Of a stretch of 64,000 nt of DNA, positions 1-8,927 are shown piece after piece; positions within the stretch are counted from its first letter, which is position 1; each line of letters starts with the position of its first letter. The stretch is from the NCBI GenBank assembly GCA_040398005.1, contig JBBAUX010000002.1:1-64000 (forward strand). Reading direction: 5' to 3'. The notes below the pieces were generated by a model. The model was given only the letters and a program-made list of their open reading frames with translations. It was not told where the DNA came from and did no database searches. The position numbers were made by a program, and so were the translations under genes. The DNA comes from Opitutales bacterium (GTDB lineage Bacteria; Verrucomicrobiota; Verrucomicrobiia; Opitutales; UBA953).

Positions 1-1
1 T

Positions 2-55
2 GGCGGAAACTATGGCGGAAACTATGGCGGAAACTATGGCGGAAACTATGGCGGA
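2..55 (+). repeat. 12-bp tandem repeat (GGCGGAAACTAT)x4 plus partial unit, coding (GGNY)4
   Basis: Read directly at 2-55; continues as degenerate GGGY-coding repeats to about 155. Confidence 0.95.
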
Positions 56-2329
56 GGTTACGGTGGTGGTTATGGTGGAGGCGGCTATGGCGGAGGTTAC
101 GGTCGTCAGCGTGGAGGTTACGGCGGTGGCTATGGTGGCGGAGGCGGCTATGGCGAGGGTTCGTCCAAGGACACCGGCGTGTCGATTTCAACTTACGTCA
201 ACATGGTGCGCGAACGTATCTGGTGGCTGGTTTTATCGGTTCTCATCTTTTTCACTCTGTCACTCGTTTATACATATAATATGATGCCGGAGTATAAGGC
301 GTCGGGTCGTTTACGCGTCTTTCGCTTGGCCCCGAATATTTCGGGCTCTAATACTGCCGCCGAAAGTAATTTTAGCATTACTTCCAGCGATGACTTTTAT
401 ACGGCGATTGAGTCGATGCGTAGTAGTGTAATTATCGAAGCAGTTTCTCGTCAGTTAACCACTGCAGAAAAAAAGGAAGTACTGGCTCCTTACCAAGGTG
501 GTAACATTTTTAGTGGACCGCTCTCCGAACAAGAAGTTTTCTCCAAGCAAAGATCGATCACGCCCCAACGCCAGACCTTAGTGGTGAGCGTTGAATTTAC
601 TCACCCCAATCGCGAGCTGGCCCGTCAGGTGACTACACTTTTTTGTAAGGCGATTCAAAAGAACAGTGAAGATGAGCGCCTCGTCATCACCAATCCTTTA
701 GTCGAAAAATATCGTATGGATATTGATTCAGTCGAAGATAAAATTCGTAAACTCTACGATAAGCGAAACGATCTGATTAAAGGCCAGAAATTACTTTCGA
801 TTGCCAAAGACACTAATACTTTGACCGCTGAACGTGCCGCCTTAGTTCGCGCACGTGAAGATACGCGAAAGGCCATCGATGAAATGGAAATCATTTGGCG
901 TTTAATTGGTGAATATAAACAGACTGGTAAGGATTTATACGATGTTGCCCAGGTGAGAAGTGATGAGCGTGTCGCTGCGTTTGGATCGAAAATAAGCGAT
1001 CTGCGTGTCGCCGTCCGTACCATGGAAGAAAAATACACCGATGAGCACCCCACTTTAATTCAGGCTCGCGCGCAGCTGAAGCAAACCGAAGCCGAATTAC
1101 AAAATGCTATTGTTGCATCCGTAAATCGTATTCAGGTCGCGATACAAAATGCTCATGCCAATTACGCAGCCATCATTTCCAATCTCGATAAGAAGGACGA
1201 TGAAATTGCGCGTTTGACTGTGGCGAATAACGAACTCGAACGCGTCGACAAAGAAATTAAAAGCCAGGAAGATTTCTTGAACCGCCAAAAACAAAGCTTT
1301 GAAGAAGCTAAAATTCGTTCATCGACCACGGGTACCACGACTTCTATTAAAGTCCTAGACACTCCCTCCGTTGCCGATCGCCCTACCAACAAAAACTTTT
1401 ATCTGAACGCCATGATTGGCTTAGCCATGGGGTCTATTTTTGGTTTAGGTCTGATTATCTTACTCGGCACATTTGATGACCGGATAAAGTCACCCAAAGA
1501 AGTCGAAGCCGCCTTAGGTATCCCTATTTTAGGAACGATTCCGCAGGTAACAAAGTCCGTTGGACCTGAGCGTGCATTGTTGGCTCAGCACGAAAAGGAC
1601 GTCGTCGCCGTTGAGGCCATTCGCACGATTTATTCATCGATGCGCGTTAATCCCGCATCAATGTCTAGCCACGTGTTTTTAATCACCTCAACACGCCCTA
1701 GTGAAGGTAAGACCTTCGTCGCCACTAATTTAGCTCTCGGTTTCTCTCAGCATGGAGAAAGAGTTTTGGTTATTGATGCCGACTTACGACTTCCGAACGT
1801 CGGACCTTCCCTAGGCTTAACTGGCACGGAAGGTATTTCTCGTTGGTTTAATGATGAATCCACCATCGATGAATCCATCGTTAAAAATGTAGCACCTAAT
1901 TTAGATGTTTTACCTGTGGGAATGAGCTGCCGGAATCCAACGCAGGTTATTGGTAGTGCGAAGTTTATCGAAATGTTAACGACCATGCGTTCCCGCTATG
2001 ATCGTATTTTTATCGACTCACCTCCCATTGGTGCGGTGTCCGATGCCCTGAATCTGATTCCTAACGTCGATGGCGTTATCTACGTAGTTCGCTATAATTT
2101 CGTATCCACGCGCAACGTTGCTGAATGTATTACCCGACTCCGTGAAGTGGGCGTCCCGATTTTAGGCGCCGTGCTTAACCGTATGTCCATGCGCATGGCT
2201 TCGGTCTATACGGACAGCTTCGATGCTAGCTACGAGAAGTATTATAATGCCGCTGCGGGTGCCGCGGCAAAGGATGATGAAGACTCGGTTGCCTCCACCG
2301 AAAAACCAGAAGATAATCCTAAAGTTTAA
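2..2329 (+). CDS. Wzc/GumC-type polysaccharide co-polymerase / bacterial tyrosine kinase (5' end truncated by window edge), with Gly/Tyr-rich N-terminus
   Basis: Frame +2 is open from base 2 into ORF 179..2329. Two TM segments flank a coiled-coil region. Walker A STRPSEGKT, A' VIDADLR, B IFIDSPP; C-terminal Tyr cluster VYTDSFDASYEKYY. Confidence 0.9.
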   Translation, partial: GGNYGGNYGGNYGGNYGGGYGGGYGGGGYGGGYGRQRGGYGGGYGGGGGYGEGSSKDTGVSISTYVNMVRERIWWLVLSVLIFFTLSLVYTYNMMPEYKASGRLRVFRLAPNISGSNTAAESNFSITSSDDFYTAIESMRSSVIIEAVSRQLTTAEKKEVLAPYQGGNIFSGPLSEQEVFSKQRSITPQRQTLVVSVEFTHPNRELARQVTTLFCKAIQKNSEDERLVITNPLVEKYRMDIDSVEDKIRKLYDKRNDLIKGQKLLSIAKDTNTLTAERAALVRAREDTRKAIDEMEIIWRLIGEYKQTGKDLYDVAQVRSDERVAAFGSKISDLRVAVRTMEEKYTDEHPTLIQARAQLKQTEAELQNAIVASVNRIQVAIQNAHANYAAIISNLDKKDDEIARLTVANNELERVDKEIKSQEDFLNRQKQSFEEAKIRSSTTGTTTSIKVLDTPSVADRPTNKNFYLNAMIGLAMGSIFGLGLIILLGTFDDRIKSPKEVEAALGIPILGTIPQVTKSVGPERALLAQHEKDVVAVEAIRTIYSSMRVNPASMSSHVFLITSTRPSEGKTFVATNLALGFSQHGERVLVIDADLRLPNVGPSLGLTGTEGISRWFNDESTIDESIVKNVAPNLDVLPVGMSCRNPTQVIGSAKFIEMLTTMRSRYDRIFIDSPPIGAVSDALNLIPNVDGVIYVVRYNFVSTRNVAECITRLREVGVPILGAVLNRMSMRMASVYTDSFDASYEKYYNAAAGAAAKDDEDSVASTEKPEDNPKV

Positions 2330-2331
2330 CG

Positions 2332-3120
2332 ATGAATCGAGTTTGGTTATTTCTTCTGCTTTCGATAGTCTTTTCAGGGTGTCAGACCGCACCTGGTACG
2401 GGTCGTAGTCAGCTACTCATGGTCAGTAACTCTGAAGTGTCGAGCATGGCATCTACCGAGTTCGCAAAAATGAAAAAACTGCCTAACGACCCTCGTTTAG
2501 TGAAGGTTAAGAAAATAGGCTTAGCGATTGTTACGGTCGCCCGAAAGGAAGATAAAAATAAAATCTTACCGCCTGCCAATCTCTGGGAGTTTGCTATCAT
2601 CGACGACAAATCACCCAATGCTTTTGCCATGCCAGGTGGAAAAATCGGCTTCAACGTTGGCATGTTTACGTACGCTCCCACCGATGATGACATCGCTGTT
2701 ATTTTAGGCCACGAGGTGTCGCACGTTTTAAATCAACACAGCAATGAGCGAATCTCTCAGGGTTTATTAGTGGCCGCGGGTGCCTTGATTGTGGACGAGG
2801 CGACTAAGAATAAATCGGCACACACTCGACAGGCTTGGATGACGGGCTTTGGTCTTGGCGCCCAATTTGGCGTACTTTTACCTTTTAGCCGCGAACATGA
2901 ATCCGAAGCCGATCATCTCGGCTTACTTTTCATGGCAAGAGCAGGGTATAACCCTGAAGCAGCTCCCGCATTCTGGGCACGCTTTTCAAAAATTGCGGGT
3001 ACCAAGCCTCCTGAATTTTTCTCCACTCACCCCGCGGACGAAACTCGGATTACACAGCTAAATACCTGGATGTCCGAGGCTAAGGCTCAAATGCCTAAAG
3101 TCGTTAATCTGGCGCAGTAA
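2332..3120 (+). CDS. M48 family zinc metallopeptidase lipoprotein
   Basis: Lipobox-like FSGC; PNAFAMPGG, HEVSH (HExxH), FSREHESEAD, FFSTHP motifs. Confidence 0.9.
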   Translation: MNRVWLFLLLSIVFSGCQTAPGTGRSQLLMVSNSEVSSMASTEFAKMKKLPNDPRLVKVKKIGLAIVTVARKEDKNKILPPANLWEFAIIDDKSPNAFAMPGGKIGFNVGMFTYAPTDDDIAVILGHEVSHVLNQHSNERISQGLLVAAGALIVDEATKNKSAHTRQAWMTGFGLGAQFGVLLPFSREHESEADHLGLLFMARAGYNPEAAPAFWARFSKIAGTKPPEFFSTHPADETRITQLNTWMSEAKAQMPKVVNLAQ

Positions 3121-4926
3121 TTAGCGCATTTCAATCTCTACCGGGCAACGTAGATAAACGCCTTTGGGATCGTTTAGATTTCCTACGCGATTTAAAAAGC
3201 TCAGGTGCGCTTTCAAGATTTGTAGTGCTGGGTCATTAAGCTTTGCTCGGACGAAGACTGGATTTTCATTTTCTTCTTCGGATAATAATTTTTGCAAAAT
3301 ATTTTCGCGGCCCGAGTGGAGTGAGGGTACTTGAATAATCGCCGCGTCTGGTTTTTTAGCTAATTCCTTGGCGAGATTGATCGCATCCAGCAATCCGCCC
3401 ATCTTATCAACGAGCCCCACTTCTTTGGCGTTCACTCCAAGCCAAACACGACCTTGGGCAATTTCATCGACTTGGGCGGGTTCTATTTTTCGACCCTCGG
3501 ATACCACGTTCAGAAAATCTTCATAAACGAAGTCGACCATTTTTTGAACAATCGCCATCTCTTCGGCTGTCGCGGTTCGATGGCTTGAAAATAAGTCAGA
3601 GTAGCGCGAGGTTTTCACACCATCAGTTCCAAGGTTAATTTTCTTAGCTAATTCCTGGTAATTAAAATGTAGTCCAAAGACACCAATGGATCCCGTAATG
3701 GTGACAGGATTCGCGATAATCTTACTTCCCCTCGCCGCGATGTAGTAGCCCCCGCTAGCGGCAACATCACCCATGGACACGACTACGGGAATACCCTTTT
3801 GCTTCAGCAGTCCCACTTCGCGGGCGACGATGTCACTCGCAAAGGCCGAGCCACCTGGACTGTTGATTCTCAGAACGACTGCTTTAATCGATTTATCGCC
3901 GCGTAAATCGCGTAAGTTTCTTGCGAGACGATCGCCGCCTACGTTGTGATTATCACCCCAGCCATCAACGATTTCGCCTTCGGCATAAATCACCGCAATC
4001 TTTCCATCCCCCGATGAAAAATTAACCTTACTGGCATATTTAGTAAGCGAAATTTGTCGGAAAGATTGACCATGGTCATCGGCGGCAGCTCCCAGCGAAC
4101 AAATTTTAGTTACCAGTTCATCGCGCTGACAAAGTTCATCGACCAGCTTTATTTTATAGGCCAAAGCGTTGGTGAAAATTCCGCCTGAATTAGCGATCCG
4201 ATTGAGACTGATACTTGATATTTTTCTCGATTCACTGACATCGGCCACAATTTTTTTCCAAGCTCCGCCGAGCAATAACTCTGTTTGTTCACGATCCGAC
4301 TCACTCATTTTATCGCTTAAAAACGGCTCTACTGCGGACTTGTATTTGCCCACCTTGGTTACTTGTACGCCTACGCCCAGCGACTTTAGAGTTTCTCCGA
4401 TGTACGGGCTGTAGCGTGCGAGTCCTTTAAATTCAACCTCTCCCGCAGGGTGGGCATAAATTTTATCTGCCACACTTGCTAAATAGTATTCATGCTGCGA
4501 CCCGTTTTCAATCCAGGCGATTACGGGTTTTTTTGACTTTTTAAATTCGTTAATCGCTTGGCGGAGTTCATTCAGTTGCACTAACCCGGCATCGGTTTCA
4601 CCAGCAATTAAGATGCCAGTAATATTTTTATCTCTAGCTGCTTGTTTGACCGCTTCGATGGCCCGTAATAAATCTACTTCCGGTGCTTTTTGACTATCCA
4701 GCAGCATGGATAAACCGGGATTGCCGTGCTGCGGAGTATCGTTGATGAGCATGCCGTTACCAATGACCAACATGGTTTTCGCTTTTACGGAAACGCCGGG
4801 AGTTTCGTGGTTACTCGCGGCACTGATTAACCCGATGATTAATACAAAAAATAAAAAGCAAGCGAGTGCTCCCGCAATAAACGTACCCATCACTGAAGCT
4901 AAGAGAGCTTTAAAAAATTCTTTCAT
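3121..4926 (-). CDS. sppA: Signal peptide peptidase SppA, 67K type
   Basis: Two S49 domains: KVGKYKSAVEP, RINSPGGS, AASGGYY, TGSIGV, QGRVWLG. Confidence 0.93.
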   Translation of the reverse strand: MKEFFKALLASVMGTFIAGALACFLFFVLIIGLISAASNHETPGVSVKAKTMLVIGNGMLINDTPQHGNPGLSMLLDSQKAPEVDLLRAIEAVKQAARDKNITGILIAGETDAGLVQLNELRQAINEFKKSKKPVIAWIENGSQHEYYLASVADKIYAHPAGEVEFKGLARYSPYIGETLKSLGVGVQVTKVGKYKSAVEPFLSDKMSESDREQTELLLGGAWKKIVADVSESRKISSISLNRIANSGGIFTNALAYKIKLVDELCQRDELVTKICSLGAAADDHGQSFRQISLTKYASKVNFSSGDGKIAVIYAEGEIVDGWGDNHNVGGDRLARNLRDLRGDKSIKAVVLRINSPGGSAFASDIVAREVGLLKQKGIPVVVSMGDVAASGGYYIAARGSKIIANPVTITGSIGVFGLHFNYQELAKKINLGTDGVKTSRYSDLFSSHRTATAEEMAIVQKMVDFVYEDFLNVVSEGRKIEPAQVDEIAQGRVWLGVNAKEVGLVDKMGGLLDAINLAKELAKKPDAAIIQVPSLHSGRENILQKLLSEEENENPVFVRAKLNDPALQILKAHLSFLNRVGNLNDPKGVYLRCPVEIEMR

Positions 4927-5054
4927 AAGGGTATTTATAGAAAAGTTAGTCTAAGTCAGTACTTTGGTCGACTGCGTAAGAATCGCCAACCAAATTGACA
5001 TTATTCGTAGCGTTTCGGCTCGATTTTTTCTTTGTTTGGTGAACTCTCTTGGCT

Positions 5055-6500
5055 ATGTCCGACCCGACTCAAGATCCTGGTGCTGGTACTGCCCGTAAGG
5101 CATTGGCGATTAATCTCGATTGCTCGGCTTACGGCGTTTTTGCTGAGATTGGTGCCGGCCAAGAAGTCGTTCGACACTTTTTCAAAGCGGGTGGTGCGTC
5201 GGGTACCGTTGCTAAAAGTATGTCTGCTTACGACATGCGCGTGAGTGATGCAATTTACGGACATCCTAAGCGTTATGTTTCGCGTGAGCGTCTTGAACAA
5301 ATGATGAGTCACGAATACGGACTCCTCGTCGATCGCTTAGCCTCCGAGCGTGGAACCACTACACGCTTCTTTGCTTTTGCTGATACCGTGGCAACCACGC
5401 CCCACGACGGCAAAGGGCAGGGGCACTCCTGGATGGGTATGCGTTTTGAGGATGAAGTGGGTGCTGCTCCGAGTGATATTGTTTTACACCTACGCCTCTG
5501 GGATCGTGACGCTGGCCGTCAGCAAGACGCCCTCGGAGTAGTGGGAGTTAATTTAGTCCACGCTGCTTTAAATTCACATCGTGATCTTAATGTCTTTTTA
5601 AATAATTTAGTAGATGACGTGGGCTCGGGCCGGGTGGAAATAGATTTCATTCATTTTAGCGGCCCAGCGTTTAGTAACTTCGACACTCAGTCTGCTTTAA
5701 TTCAACTCGTTCGACTAGGCCTGACGGACGCTGTCCTATTCGATGAGACAGGACAGTCGGCCGTGGCCAGCGAGTTTTTCTACAAGAAATCCATTCTCGT
5801 CGCCCGTGGAACTTTCCGTCCTATCTCATTAGTGAATGAGGATATGTTGGCCTGTGCCGAACGTTCCTTAGCGAACCCCAAAGAAAGTGTTTCGATTTTT
5901 GAGATGTGTGTTGGGCAAGAATCGGCCGACCTAAAGGAAATTCTCGATCGCATTGCCCTCGTGAGCACCTTGGGCCGTCCTCTTTTAATTACTCGTCACC
6001 GTGGATGGTATCGACTGCCCGCCTATTTTCGTCTGTATACCGATGGAGAAATTACTCTCATCGCGGGTATGAATAACTTGGTAGATTTATTTAACCCACA
6101 GCACTACACGCATCTCGAGGGTGGAGTGTTGGAAGCTTGTGGTCGCCTCTTTAAAGAAAACGTTAAGGTGATGGTTTATCCTATGCGCGGCGATCAGTTA
6201 AGTCGGTTGGTAGAAGACCCCGTTGCCTGTCAGGTTTGTTTCCCGGAAACTTATCAAATCGAAGTCGACTCCGTGGTGACAGCGGCAGATGTCCAAGTAC
6301 GTCCCGCGGTGGCAGGATTATTTGAACACTTAAGAACGAATGGATTTTTAGTACCCCTTACCGGCGCGAGTCCACAGGCTCTGGCTTGTCAGCCGCGAAC
6401 CTTGGCCGAACGCATAGCTGCCGGAGTTCCAGGCTGGGAAAGCGAAGTGCCCGCCCCCGTTGCTAAAGAAATTACCCGCCGAAAGCTTTGGAGTAAGTAA
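5055..6500 (+). CDS. Conserved protein with degenerate nucleotidyltransferase (NadD-like) C-terminal half
   Basis: N-terminal YGVFAEIGAGQEV..GGASGTVAKSMSAYDM; RGTFRP at the HIGH-motif position; NadD-like tail WESEVPAPVAKEI. ATG 5055 preferred to TTG 5049. Confidence 0.6.
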   Translation: MSDPTQDPGAGTARKALAINLDCSAYGVFAEIGAGQEVVRHFFKAGGASGTVAKSMSAYDMRVSDAIYGHPKRYVSRERLEQMMSHEYGLLVDRLASERGTTTRFFAFADTVATTPHDGKGQGHSWMGMRFEDEVGAAPSDIVLHLRLWDRDAGRQQDALGVVGVNLVHAALNSHRDLNVFLNNLVDDVGSGRVEIDFIHFSGPAFSNFDTQSALIQLVRLGLTDAVLFDETGQSAVASEFFYKKSILVARGTFRPISLVNEDMLACAERSLANPKESVSIFEMCVGQESADLKEILDRIALVSTLGRPLLITRHRGWYRLPAYFRLYTDGEITLIAGMNNLVDLFNPQHYTHLEGGVLEACGRLFKENVKVMVYPMRGDQLSRLVEDPVACQVCFPETYQIEVDSVVTAADVQVRPAVAGLFEHLRTNGFLVPLTGASPQALACQPRTLAERIAAGVPGWESEVPAPVAKEITRRKLWSK

Positions 6501-6568
6501 TCACTGACTGCATTTAGGTGTTCTTGGGTTTGCAGGTTTGGATTTTCGACTTTATGTAGGTCTGGTTA

Positions 6569-7174
6569 ATGAGCTCCACTTCCACGTCTCTTCCCTCTGG
6601 TGCCAACACAGAATTAGCTCTGTCTGTAGAACGTGCTTATCGCGAAGTCATCGTACTCGATCGCCTAGGGGCAATTTGGTCGGTGATCCTCGCCAAATGT
6701 CTCTTAGCTCAGTGGGCGATTAATGAATTTTCTATTCCCATCAGTGGCCTGCGTTATATTTGGTTACTCACGCTGTCGATGGCCGTCGTTGCTACGGGTC
6801 TTTACCTGCGTGCGCATCAATCAAAAATAAATTTTCTACCCAATCAACGACGCGTCGGAACTGCTATTTTCGTAGGCATCCTCGTTTCATTGGGTTTTAT
6901 TCTTTACGCGCACTTTGCCTTAAAACTTTTCTCAGCGATTACGACAGCAGCACTAACCTGTATGATGTTCGGTACCTGGTCACTCGCACGTGCCGCCCTA
7001 CGTAATGCCTATCCTCCTTTAGTGGGGGCGCTGATTTGGTGGATTCTGGCTGGCTACGCATTAATCAGCAAAGACAACACTGCGTTGCTCTGGATTGGGC
7101 TTGGCATGTTCTTGGCTCAAGCCTTGCCCAGTTTTGCTTTGGCTCGACGCACTGAGCAATCGCTTCGCGTTTAA
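6569..7174 (+). CDS. Hypothetical multi-pass membrane protein
   Basis: 201 aa with about 6 hydrophobic segments; fills the gap between neighbours. Confidence 0.65.
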   Translation: MSSTSTSLPSGANTELALSVERAYREVIVLDRLGAIWSVILAKCLLAQWAINEFSIPISGLRYIWLLTLSMAVVATGLYLRAHQSKINFLPNQRRVGTAIFVGILVSLGFILYAHFALKLFSAITTAALTCMMFGTWSLARAALRNAYPPLVGALIWWILAGYALISKDNTALLWIGLGMFLAQALPSFALARRTEQSLRV

Positions 7175-8080
7175 TTATTCGAGGTCAGCTTTTTTCGCGC
7201 CCAGACCGTTTAACATTAAAGTTAAGAATCGTTTCATCGCCGGAGTCATCACACGTCCTTTGCGATGCAAAATCGCTAACGGCCGAGAAACGTGTCGGTC
7301 ACGTAATTTTAACTTAACCAGCGTGCCTTGCTCGATTTCCTGACGGATGGTGCCCTCAGGAACTAAGGCGACCCCCGCATCGACCTCCACCGCACGCTTT
7401 AAGGTTTCGATATTATCAAATTCCATCGAAGGTTCTAGTTCGATACGTTGCTCTCTGAAGAATTGATCCAAGGCTTTGCGTGTAGGAATATCTTGGTCAA
7501 ATCCGATGAAACGCGTACCTTGTAAATCTGCCAATTCGATTTCCTTTTTGCCTGCTAACTTATGTTTAGGCGAACAGATGGCGACCAACTGATCTTCCAT
7601 GAAAGGAATAATTTCTACTTGGCGATATTTTTGAGGGAAGGCGACGAGGCCAAAGTCTGCTGTGCTAGAGAAAACATCTTCATAAACTAAATTGGATCGA
7701 CGATATTCGATGCGCACATTCACATGAGGAAATTCCTGCATGAAACGTTTTACGTAAGGAGGCAGTTCGTGCAGGCCAATCGAGACAATCGTCGAAACAT
7801 GCACCGTGCCACTCACCACTTTCCGCATTTCCTGCATCTCGCTCGAAACCTGTTCGTAGCGATTTAAAATATCGCGCGCCGCTTCATAGAGACTACGACC
7901 CTCCCGCGTTAAACGAAATTGTTTCTGACTCCGATCCACAATGAGCACATTAAAATGCTTTTCCATCGAGCGTAACTGCTGACTCACCGCCGACTGCGTG
8001 ATGTTATTCAACTTCGCCGCCTTGGAGAAACTTTCGTTGTCCACGAGGTCACGAAAAATCTTTAAGTTTTCAATTTGCAT
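7175..8080 (-). CDS. LysR family transcriptional regulator
   Basis: HTH SFSKAAKLNNITQSAVSQQLRSME; 301 aa with substrate-binding domain. Confidence 0.95.
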   Translation of the reverse strand: MQIENLKIFRDLVDNESFSKAAKLNNITQSAVSQQLRSMEKHFNVLIVDRSQKQFRLTREGRSLYEAARDILNRYEQVSSEMQEMRKVVSGTVHVSTIVSIGLHELPPYVKRFMQEFPHVNVRIEYRRSNLVYEDVFSSTADFGLVAFPQKYRQVEIIPFMEDQLVAICSPKHKLAGKKEIELADLQGTRFIGFDQDIPTRKALDQFFREQRIELEPSMEFDNIETLKRAVEVDAGVALVPEGTIRQEIEQGTLVKLKLRDRHVSRPLAILHRKGRVMTPAMKRFLTLMLNGLGAKKADLE

Positions 8081-8102
8081 AGCGGTGGCTTAACCCACCA
8101 CG

Positions 8103-8117
8103 ATTAATAAATCTAAT
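8103..8117. promoter_or_regulatory. Putative LysR box ATTA-N7-TAAT (T-N11-A)
   Basis: Dyad ATTAATAAATCTAAT 23 bp upstream of the LysR start, in the divergent intergenic region. Confidence 0.4.
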
Positions 8118-8228
8118 AGCAGGCCGTTTCAAGTGTAGATTTACTTATCGTGACCAGGTTTAACCTTATTCCCGCAAAGGGGATTGGAGGCGTTGACTCT
8201 AAGCTTAATCTGCTTCCCATTGTCTCTC

Positions 8229-8927
8229 GTGGTTACCTACGAACAATTTGCCGCCAATTGTGACGCCGTCCGCCAAAGGATAAAGTCAGCTTGTGACCAG
8301 TGCGGCCGGAATCCGTCGGAAGTCAGAATTTTACCGGTCACCAAAACCAACCCAGTGGAAGCTGCCTTGTATGCCTATCGCTATGGCATGCAATCAGTGA
8401 GTGAAAACAAAGTTCAAGAGGGTCAGGAAAAAAAACCGCTCGCACCGGCTGATTTGCGCTGGGAATTTATCGGTCACCTGCAGTCCAATAAAGTTAAGCC
8501 TGCTTTAAAGATTTTCGATATTATTCAAACGGTCGACAGCGTAGATTTAATTTCGCGCATGGGACGGATTGCTGAGGAGCTTAATGTAAAACCAGAAATT
8601 TATTTTCAGGTGAACTCGGGTCACGATCCCGCAAAATACGGATGTGAAATCGAAGAGGCGCCTCAATTACTAGAAGCCGCATTGGGTCAGTCTGCCTTGC
8701 GCGTCGTCGGACTCATGGCCGTTCCTCCGATTGAAGGGGGCATGGATTCAGCTAAGCGCACATTTGATAATTTAAGGATTTGTCGGGATGAATTAGAGGA
8801 TAAATTTAAAGTAAAACTTCCTGAACTTTCGATGGGTATGAGTGGTGACATAGAAGCCGCGGTGATTGCCGGCTCAACTTGTGTACGTCTTGGTTCATCT
8901 CTTTACGGTCCCCGCACCCAGAAATGA
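8229..8927 (+). CDS. yggS: YggS/PLPBP family PLP homeostasis protein
   Basis: ILPVTK, ENKVQE, FIGHLQSNK, LSMGMSGD, VRLGS motifs; GTG 8229 is the likely start. Confidence 0.92.
   Translation: MVTYEQFAANCDAVRQRIKSACDQCGRNPSEVRILPVTKTNPVEAALYAYRYGMQSVSENKVQEGQEKKPLAPADLRWEFIGHLQSNKVKPALKIFDIIQTVDSVDLISRMGRIAEELNVKPEIYFQVNSGHDPAKYGCEIEEAPQLLEAALGQSALRVVGLMAVPPIEGGMDSAKRTFDNLRICRDELEDKFKVKLPELSMGMSGDIEAAVIAGSTCVRLGSSLYGPRTQK

Noticed and set aside
1..160. Possible CRISPR array
   Set aside because: Adjacent 12-bp units with no spacers; coding low-complexity sequence; no cas genes.
12..284. ORF-track protein with MAET repeats
   Set aside because: Alternative frame of the GGNY/GGGY repeat; frame +2 is continuous with the Wzc gene and shows synonymous third-position variation.
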